A stretch of DNA of 64,000 nt from Candidatus Latescibacterota bacterium (lineage in GTDB: Bacteria > Latescibacterota > UBA2968 > GCA-2709665): positions 4,448,001 to 4,512,000 of the forward strand of contig OZ244937.1 in NCBI GenBank assembly GCA_965222075.1, given 5' to 3'. Shown here piece by piece: positions 38,786-46,114 of this stretch (position 1 is its first letter; every line of letters starts with the position of its first letter). The translations under genes and the position numbers were made by a program. The notes beneath the pieces were generated by a model that searched no databases, had not been told where the DNA came from, and saw nothing but the letters and a program-made list of their open reading frames with translations.

Positions 38786-39023
38786 CTACTTCTTCTTGGG
38801 CTTTGGCATATACTTTTTCAGCCGCTGCGAAATGATATCGGCCGTATAGGGTTTCACCACATAATCGTTCGCGTCCGCCTGAACTTTTTGGCAACCTTAA
38901 CTGTACGGGCGCGCTCAAATCCGACGTCATCCGCGCGATTTCTGCAGCTACGGACGATAGCGTCGGAAACTCCTGGGCCTCATCGATCAACCTTACCACA
39001 TCTTCTTCTGTTATGGTCCACAC
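38786..39023 (-). pseudogene. HDOD-domain / receiver-domain gene remnant with internal deletion
   Basis: N-term ..EFPTLSSVAAEIARMTSD (HDOD start) joined to an out-of-frame VQADANDYVVKPYTADIISQRLKKY..* (receiver C-terminus; TAG at 38786-38788). Confidence 0.7.
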
Positions 39024-39043
39024 ACATCCTTTGTTCAGATGCT

Positions 39044-39490
39044 CTACCCGTCGTCTTTCACCAGCCTCTTCCCGTCAAAAATCAGCTTTCCCTTCTCGTA
39101 GATACAACCGGTCTCTTCATCGAGCTCGTACTTCATCAACTGGCCGAGGGACAGATGGTCGAAGACCACCCTGGGATCTTCGTATTTCTCGATCAGCTTT
39201 TCAATAGGGCCTTCAAACTGAAGCTGCCGGCGTTTTGGTTTCTCCTTTTCACGCCGCTCTTGCTCCTCCTTAGAGAGAATAGGCAAACGCTCGGCAGCCG
39301 GCCCCAGCCTGCTGACGTATTCCTGCTGCCGTCGATACCGGTCATGACGCTTTTCAAGTTCGGACTTCTCCTCCACATTCTCGTAATATTCTCCGACCTC
39401 TTCGGCCTTCCGGCGAAATCGTTCTCGCTCCTCCTCTTTCAGATCGTCATTGCCCGCCTTCCGCATAATATCTCTGACGGACCTGTTCAT
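39044..39490 (-). CDS. Hypothetical highly charged protein
   Basis: 148-aa ORF, RBS GGAGG, promoter at 39567-39595. Confidence 0.75.
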   Translation of the reverse strand: MNRSVRDIMRKAGNDDLKEEERERFRRKAEEVGEYYENVEEKSELEKRHDRYRRQQEYVSRLGPAAERLPILSKEEQERREKEKPKRRQLQFEGPIEKLIEKYEDPRVVFDHLSLGQLMKYELDEETGCIYEKGKLIFDGKRLVKDDG

Positions 39491-39566
39491 CGTTTAACCT
39501 CCGATCCAATTTCGGATTTAAAGTCTTTCATTCCGCATTGGTGGTTCGGTGCCTTCTGTGATAAAA

Positions 39567-39652
39567 AACATACACCTCCACCCACCATTTGTCAACGGCT
39601 ATTTTCCTCCTTCCCCGAAATGATTGACTTATCCCGCGCCTCCGGTTACTTT
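39567..39652. promoter_or_regulatory. Divergent sigma70-type promoters
   Basis: Minus: TTGACA-17-TATGTT (39595-39567); plus: TTGACT-17-TACTTT (39624-39652). Confidence 0.55.
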
Positions 39653-39719
39653 ATCAACAGTCTTGTGTCCATCGGTGTGCATCCGTGGTTGTTTTCAGCC
39701 TTTTCCCGAGGAGTCCACC

Positions 39720-40505
39720 ATGTTTCACTTCGACAAACTGGTAGAAATCATGGACCGCCTCCGAAGCTCCAAAGGCTGTCCCTGGGACCTGAAGCAGACC
39801 CACCAGACCCTCAGACCCTACTTGATAGAAGAGGCCTATGAAGTCTTAGACGCCATCGACAGCCGGGACGACCGTGCACTCCGGGAAGAACTGGGCGACG
39901 TCCTCCTCCAGGTGGTCTTCCATGCCCAGATCGCACGGGAAGGTGGGCGGTTTACCATAGACGATGTGGCCGCCGCCATTTCAGAAAAACTCATCCGTCG
40001 CCATCCCCACGTCTTTGGAGACATAACCGTAGACGGTGCGGACCAGGTGGTCGAAAACTGGGAAGCGATCAAATCGCGTGAACAGCGGCAAAAAGGGCAA
40101 CAGGACTCTGCCCTGGAAGGCATTCCCCGCCACCTGCCGGCCCTCCTCAGAGCCCGTCGTGTTCAGGAAAAGGCCGTCAGGGTCGGCTTCAAATGGGCCC
40201 ATTCGGACGAGGTCGCGCAAAAAGTCCGGGAAGAGGTGGCGGAATTCTTCGATGCACAGGCCTCGGGAGATTCCGCCAAAATCGGAGCGGAATTGGGAGA
40301 CGTCCTCTTCGCACTGGTAAACCTGGCCGGCTTTCTGCACATCTGTCCGGAGGAGGCCCTGCACAAAACCATCGAAAAGTTCCAGGTCCGCTTCCGCTTT
40401 ATCGAAGCCGAATTGAAAAAACAGGGCAAGCGGCCCCAAACGGCCACCCTGGAAGAAATGGATCTGCTCTGGGAAAAATCAAAAGAAGCAGGGAATGAGG
40501 AATGA
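39720..40505 (+). CDS. mazG: Nucleoside triphosphate pyrophosphohydrolase MazG
   Basis: LR...GCPWD.KQT, IEEAYEV, EELGDVLLQVVFH, KLIRRHPHVFG, ELGDVLF..VN. Confidence 0.96.
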   Translation: MFHFDKLVEIMDRLRSSKGCPWDLKQTHQTLRPYLIEEAYEVLDAIDSRDDRALREELGDVLLQVVFHAQIAREGGRFTIDDVAAAISEKLIRRHPHVFGDITVDGADQVVENWEAIKSREQRQKGQQDSALEGIPRHLPALLRARRVQEKAVRVGFKWAHSDEVAQKVREEVAEFFDAQASGDSAKIGAELGDVLFALVNLAGFLHICPEEALHKTIEKFQVRFRFIEAELKKQGKRPQTATLEEMDLLWEKSKEAGNEE

Positions 40506-40695
40506 AAGCATAGGGAAGGGTAATCCGCCCGCTTTTGGGGAGAGGAAAAGGGCCCTACTCCCTTACTGCCTACTCCCTCTTCCAACGCCTCTCTCACAGC
40601 ATCTAAGCGCGTCTGCATGAGGTCGCGCAGACGGTCTACATCGGCTGCGAGCTGCCTGCGCATCTGTTCACTGGCGGACGTGTCAGCAGCGCTCC

Positions 40696-41211
40696 TTAAC
40701 CATAGAAATCGTAGTATTTGGAGAGCTCCAACACCGGTATAGGCGCCTTTTCCCAGTCATGAATCCAGCAGATGAGACTGTCACATCCCAGATCATCCAG
40801 TCCCTGCTTCTGGAAATCGCTGCTCCTCACCAGGGTATGCGCCCGCACCAGCCGATCCTCCGAGGAAAGAACGTAGTGGGGGAACTCATCCTGCGACTTC
40901 AGTACCTCAAATCCCAACTTATTGTAGATCCGGATAAACAGCTCTCGTACATTGGTCGGGTTGCGCACCCCCGGATACGTGGCCAGACGCTCCACATGAA
41001 CATCTTCCTTCAAATACCGGTCAATCACCTCCAAAGCGGCTTCGGGAATGGCCAGGGACTTGGCGTTCTTCTTCGCCAGTTCCACCTCCACCCGTTTCAG
41101 GGTCAGTTCGGCCACCTCCTTGGACTCGCTTACCGATTTGCGCACCCGATCCCCCTCTTCATCATAATAGCCGATCCACCACTTCTTGCCACGCTGGTAG
41201 AGCCAAGCCAT
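40696..41211 (-). CDS. Integrase-arm-type DNA-binding domain fused to degenerate restriction-endonuclease-like domain
   Basis: MAWLYQRGKKWWIGYYDEEGDRVRKS..SKEVAE N-terminus; C-terminus LGFEV..SQDEFPH...CDSLICWIHDW...PIPVLELS; RBS before ATG 41211. Domain calls are from recall. Confidence 0.6.
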   Translation of the reverse strand: MAWLYQRGKKWWIGYYDEEGDRVRKSVSESKEVAELTLKRVEVELAKKNAKSLAIPEAALEVIDRYLKEDVHVERLATYPGVRNPTNVRELFIRIYNKLGFEVLKSQDEFPHYVLSSEDRLVRAHTLVRSSDFQKQGLDDLGCDSLICWIHDWEKAPIPVLELSKYYDFYG

Positions 41212-41286
41212 CGTCTGTTCACTCCCTCTCCGGTCTACGGTCCCGATTTCAACAACCCCCGGTCCCACCCTATGTTTATGCCTCTC

Positions 41287-41437
41287 TTATCCACAAATGG
41301 CCACATTGGCAGTTGACAAAAATATACACAACTATTTTATTTTATTGTATATTATGCACAAGAAGCTTGTTTATTGACACACGTTATTTTGTGGCTGTTA
41401 GCCACAAAATATCCCCATAAATATGGAGAAAACCACA
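41287..41437. promoter_or_regulatory. AT-rich DnaA-box cluster (candidate oriC or DnaA-binding locus)
   Basis: TTATCCACA 41287-41295, ATATACACA 41322-41330, TTATGCACA 41352-41360, TTAGCCACA 41398-41406, weaker boxes 41409-41437; perfect 12-bp dyad 41385-41411. Confidence 0.6.
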
Positions 41438-41470
41438 TCTCAAGGCAAGTAAATTCGCCTGCGCTTGCAC

Positions 41471-41504
41471 AAAAAACGGGCAGGCTGCCAACAACAGCCT
41501 GCCC
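41471..41504 (-). terminator. Intrinsic terminator of the 994-aa surface protein gene
   Basis: GGGCAGGCTG/CAGCCTGCCC stem followed by T6 on the minus strand. Confidence 0.75.
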
Positions 41505-41531
41505 CCTGATCCCACCGCGCTTTCAAACGGC

Positions 41532-44516
41532 CTATCGCAACAGCAGCATCCGCCGGGTCGCTTCAAACTCCCCCGCTGCCAAATGGTAGAAATAGATCCC
41601 ACTCGACACATTCCGTCCAAAGTCGTCCTGGCTGTCCCAGGTGACCCGGTAGCGCCCCGCCGGCCGCATCTCCTTCACCAGCGTCCGCACCCGCTGTCCC
41701 ACCAGATTGTAGACTGCCAGGTCCACCCGGGCTTCGGTCGGCAGCTCAAACGCAATGGCCGTTATCGGGTTAAAGGGATTGGGCACGTTTTGCAGCAGGC
41801 GAAATGCCCTTGGGCGAAGCTCCATCCGCTGCGCCGTCGGCAGACGTAAGGGTACGAATACCCCCTCATCGGTGATCACCATCCCCCTTTGTACCTTCAA
41901 CGCCACCCCAATGGCCTTCCCTATCGGCCGGAACCGGAGTTGAGCCAAGCGGCCGTCACCCTGTCCCACCCATCGCTCCTCGTCCTGTGCATACCCGCCT
42001 GCGATCATAATCGACCCGGATTCGTCGTGGTGCACCAGAAAGGCCCCGCCCTCGAAAGGCCCCTCAGCGCCCTTTCTTATGCCGAGGTACTCCGCCTCCA
42101 TAGGATCGTAGACCACCCGCAGCACATATCCCTGGGACGCAGGGATCGACTCGGCCTCCAGCCCTGCGACCACCTCGTCCGAAGCCCCCTCCAGCTGCTG
42201 CCACACCAGCGTGCCCGATGGGGGTGCAATCTTCCCCGCTCCGTTCATCAGCCGGACCAACACCAGGAAATCCTGAAAGTCGATCCGGCCGTCCTTGTTC
42301 AGGTCGAAGTGGGCGTCTGCATACCCCTGGGATTTGCCCATCATCTGCCTCACAAAGAGGACCAAATCAGCAAAGCCGACCAGGCCATCCCCGTCAAAAT
42401 CGGCCGGAGACCGCCGTGCCAGCCCGAAGAGGATATCTGCAAACGATTTCTCCTCCCCAACCACGATGGGTACTGCCTGGTCGGGTTTGGGCGTATCTTC
42501 ATAAAATTCGGCCACATAACCCTTGGCCTCGGCGCGCAGCAGATAGCGCCCGTCCCGCAGTCCGTTCAACTCATACGCCCCCGTCTGGACCGTCCGGGTG
42601 CTCCAGACCTCGGCCCGGCCGAGCTTCTGGGCCGCCACCACCGCTCCGGGAATGGGCCTCCCGGTCCCATAGGCCAGCACATAGCCCGAAATCAACCCGC
42701 CGCGCGTCAACGCGAAATCGACCTTTGACACCTCCTGACCCAACTCCACCTCCAGCCGTTTGGCCGCACCGGCGCTATCTGCCTCGCTGTACCAGGAGAG
42801 GATGTACCCCAGGGCCGATGCCCGTACAATATAGGCGCCTTCGGGAAGTCCGATAATACGGTAGGCCCCTTTTTCGGGATCCAGGATCTCCGCACGGAAC
42901 TGCTTTCGCACAATCGCCCTGTCCCGATCTCTGGACGGTGAAATCGAGACAGGCGGCGGAGCGTCCACAACCACCCCAGCGGATCCCGCAACCGCGGTCG
43001 TCCCACCCGACAGGGGGACCTGTCCGCCAACCGGGGTGCGCAACCGCGGCACCGGCACCGCCACCACCTCAATCCTCTTCAGAGCCCCATCCTCTACAGC
43101 GGTCACCCGGCCGGAAATAACCCCCAGCCTGGGCAGCACCACATCCATTCCTGTCACCACCTCCTCAACCCCCACCGGAATCTCTGCGGGCCCCGTGCCC
43201 TCGTCGTTCAGGTAGAACCGGGCCGCAAACCCCACCGCCGTTGCCTGCAGCGCGTAGGTCCCCGGGGGCAGGTCTTTAATCTGAAAGGTCCCATCCTTCT
43301 CCGTCTTCACCGCCCGCCCGGTCGGATGATGGGGCAAAACACGGTCCGGTTCCGCCCCTTCTGCCCCGTCGGACCGCCCGGGGGTGGTCAGAGGAACCCT
43401 GGGCTCAGGACGGCCACGTAAAAACACTACCGCACCACTCACCGGGTTCTCTTCTCGATCCGTTACCTTTCCAGAAACCGCACTCAGGCGCCCGAGGGCC
43501 AGATCAATCCCGGTGGTATGGGCGTTCGACAGCACCCGCACCGGATTTGTACCCTGACGTTTCAGGGTATTGGGATAATATTGGGCCGCATAGCCCTCGG
43601 CCCGTGCCCAGACAGTGTAATCGGCCCCGGGCAGGTTCGAAATCACATACGCTCCATCCTCTCCCGTATGTGCCTGCCTCCGCTTTCCCCCCGACCGGGG
43701 CTCTGCAACCACAAGCGCTCCCACCACAGGGTCTCCGCCCGTCCGGGCCGTTACCCGCCCAAAAATCGTCCCGACCGGCTTCAGCTGAAAATGGACGCCC
43801 GCAGGCTGGACCTCTAAGGTGACCCGTACAGGCGTCGCCTCGTCCCGCACGGCCGCGCCGTCGTAGAACACCCGCCCATACCCCTGCTTTGCGGCGGTCA
43901 TCAGATAGTTCCCGGGCGCCAACCCCGTCAACCGATACGTCCCGTCCTCGACCGTCTCCGCCGCCTGGCGGCGTCCATCGCCCACTACGGGCCACGCGAA
44001 GAGGGTCGCGCCTCCCATCGAACCCTCCCCGCTGTCCACCACCCGTCCCGAAACCCCCAGCCCTTCGGAGACCTCCACATCCACCCTCTCAATCCGATCC
44101 CCCACCCCAACCACAACCAGGCCGTTGCGCGTTCCGCCCGTGTAGAACGCCGTGAGATACCCCCGGGCCAGCACCCGCACCTGGTACTCCCCGGGCACGA
44201 GCCCTTCAATCAGATAACCCCCATCCGCCTGCAGGTGCGCCCCCCGGTGGAACGGCTCATCCGGAGAACGGCGCTCCGCCACCACCACGCCCACCGACGC
44301 CGGCGCCCCGGTCGCTTCATCCGTCACCTGTCCGGACAGGGTGCTCAGCGGGTGCAGCGCCACCGCCAGTTCCACACGCGGATGCTGCCGGTCCAGCTGC
44401 CCCTGGACGAATCCCGGAGGCGACGACCCCACCCTCCGCTCTTCCTCTGCATCCGCAAGCGTCGCTCCCAGTCCTGCTGCCAAAACAAAAAGACCAACCC
44501 ATTGCAGTAGACGCAT
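41532..44516 (-). CDS. Large secreted protein: carboxypeptidase-regulatory-like beta-sandwich repeats, dockerin/EF-hand pair, cohesin-like domain, FlgD-type C-terminal sorting domain
   Basis: Signal peptide; repeated ISG.V....G.P..GA.V...T..DG.Y....L.PG.Y...A...GY...FY; DFDGDG.VGF.D and DLNKDG.IDFQDF; LLQNVPNPFNP.T.I...SSGIYFY.L..G......RMLLLR. Confidence 0.85.
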   Translation of the reverse strand: MRLLQWVGLFVLAAGLGATLADAEEERRVGSSPPGFVQGQLDRQHPRVELAVALHPLSTLSGQVTDEATGAPASVGVVVAERRSPDEPFHRGAHLQADGGYLIEGLVPGEYQVRVLARGYLTAFYTGGTRNGLVVVGVGDRIERVDVEVSEGLGVSGRVVDSGEGSMGGATLFAWPVVGDGRRQAAETVEDGTYRLTGLAPGNYLMTAAKQGYGRVFYDGAAVRDEATPVRVTLEVQPAGVHFQLKPVGTIFGRVTARTGGDPVVGALVVAEPRSGGKRRQAHTGEDGAYVISNLPGADYTVWARAEGYAAQYYPNTLKRQGTNPVRVLSNAHTTGIDLALGRLSAVSGKVTDREENPVSGAVVFLRGRPEPRVPLTTPGRSDGAEGAEPDRVLPHHPTGRAVKTEKDGTFQIKDLPPGTYALQATAVGFAARFYLNDEGTGPAEIPVGVEEVVTGMDVVLPRLGVISGRVTAVEDGALKRIEVVAVPVPRLRTPVGGQVPLSGGTTAVAGSAGVVVDAPPPVSISPSRDRDRAIVRKQFRAEILDPEKGAYRIIGLPEGAYIVRASALGYILSWYSEADSAGAAKRLEVELGQEVSKVDFALTRGGLISGYVLAYGTGRPIPGAVVAAQKLGRAEVWSTRTVQTGAYELNGLRDGRYLLRAEAKGYVAEFYEDTPKPDQAVPIVVGEEKSFADILFGLARRSPADFDGDGLVGFADLVLFVRQMMGKSQGYADAHFDLNKDGRIDFQDFLVLVRLMNGAGKIAPPSGTLVWQQLEGASDEVVAGLEAESIPASQGYVLRVVYDPMEAEYLGIRKGAEGPFEGGAFLVHHDESGSIMIAGGYAQDEERWVGQGDGRLAQLRFRPIGKAIGVALKVQRGMVITDEGVFVPLRLPTAQRMELRPRAFRLLQNVPNPFNPITAIAFELPTEARVDLAVYNLVGQRVRTLVKEMRPAGRYRVTWDSQDDFGRNVSSGIYFYHLAAGEFEATRRMLLLR

Positions 44517-44727
44517 CCACCCCCCTATGTGTATTAAAATACCAATATCCCCTGTCGATTCATAGAACAGTAACGGTCCAGCAAATCCCTATATATTAGC
44601 CAGAGCACCGGGCAGGTTTTGTTTCATTCCGGCCCAACCGAGAAAATATATACAAAACCCACCATTCGGCAAGCAAAACGGATTTCATGCACCTATTAAC
44701 GTTTAGATGTCCAAAAAGTTCAATACC

Positions 44728-45731
44728 TTAGTTCCTAAAATCCTGCAATTTCTGTACCCGTTTTTCAATTTTCAATCTTTCGTACGCCAGGGCCCCCGCG
44801 TGCAGATCCTGCACCGCCATCCCGTAAAATAGGCAATCGCCCCCTTCCCCCGCAGCCCCTCCAGGCGGCCCAACGCCGCATCCCCAACCGTGAGCGCCCG
44901 CCCCTCCCCATCCCGCGCAAACCCGATCTCTCCATAGCGGTTCCGCTCCAGAGCCACCCGGAACTCCCCCGATTCCCGGGCCTGGTCCGGATGGTCCACC
45001 ACAACCGCCCGGCTGCAGAGCAGGTCCAGATCGAGCTGCACCGTCCTCGAATCTCCCCCCATTACCGAAAGGTGGACATCTGCCGGGATGTCTCCGGATC
45101 CCAGAATCGGCCCGGGCGTTGGCACCGCCGCAAACACCGCATCCGCGCCGCTCACACAGGCCGCAATCGAATCCACCATGTGCAGCTTCGCCCTGACCTC
45201 CGGGCCCACCGCCGCCTCGAATGCCTCCCGGTTGGCCGTCCGCCGGCTCGTCGCCCGAATCTCTGCCGGGCGGTGCGCCCAATCTGCGCACAGGGCCAGC
45301 GCCCGGGCAATCCGACCCGTCCCCAGAATCGCCACCCTCTGCACGTCCTTCCGGGCCAGGTAGCGCGCCCCCAGCGCCCCGGCCGCCCCCGTCCGCATAT
45401 TCGTGATGTACTCCGCATCCAGCACCGCCCGCCTGCCCGACCTCAAATCCTCCAGCTCAATCGCGGCCGTCCGTTCCCCCAGCCGCCCCGTCGCCCCGTC
45501 CGAACGCTCCTCAATCACCTTCCGCGCCCGGTAGCGCCCCGGCCACTCCCCCGGCAGTTCCAGCCGGAATACATCCTCCCTGCCCTCCTTTTGAACCTCC
45601 TCCCGCCGGGACGGATTCTTCATCTCCCCCAGCCCGTAGAGCCGAAATGCCTCGTCACAGCTTTCCACAAAGTCCCTCACCGGTAGAACCTGCACGATCT
45701 CCGCATCCGAAATCCGGACAATATCATCCAC
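44728..45731 (-). pseudogene. Ornithine cyclodeaminase/mu-crystallin family protein, frameshifted near C-terminus
   Basis: ITNMRTGAAGALGARYLAR, AILGTGRIA; conserved GMAVQDL motif lies in another frame after ACG-GG-ATG at about 44821; GTG start 45731. Confidence 0.8.
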
Positions 45732-46040
45732 TGGAACCCCCTTGGTTTGGCCGGCTTCATTTTCCATAACTTTATCCCAAACAGGTCGACAAACGATACA
45801 AAGAAGGATGTTTTCATCTATGATTTCGACAGGTGACAATTCAACCGCCTGCTGATAGGTGCCGGAGTCATCGATCTGTCTGGGCACATCTCTCAGGTTT
45901 TCAAACGTAACCCCCTCGGCCATATCCACCACGTTTAGACTTGACGGAGCCTCATTGAGGCTTGATATTATAGGCCCATTCCATCTATCCTCACCCTGGA
46001 ATACAGAATGCAGAAAAGCACTCCCTGCGGTCTGGGACAT

Positions 46041-46112
46041 CCGTTGCAACCCCTTGATTTACTTGAACTCATACGCAGAAAAACGGTTCAAAGTATTGAG
46101 GAAGGAGAGGAC
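46041..46112 (+). repeat. 72-bp duplicated upstream element, copy B
   Basis: 65/72 identical to reverse complement of 19861-19932; its 3' end supplies the RBS for 46115. Confidence 0.85.
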
Positions 46113-46114
46113 CA

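Noticed and set aside
38717-39841. 374-aa plus-strand ORF
   Set aside because: Shadow of the minus-strand genes; crosses promoters and overlaps mazG out of frame; no recognisable domain
41335-41362. dif-like site (TGTATATTATG core; similar at about 49705-49715)
   Set aside because: The left arm lacks the XerC ...ATAA and the right arm diverges from TTATGTTAAAT; better explained as a DnaA box in AT-rich DNA
45732-46049. 106-aa N-terminal extension of the cyclodeaminase ORF
   Set aside because: Homology starts at GTG 45731, which has its own RBS; the upstream part has different composition and contains promoter-like DNA
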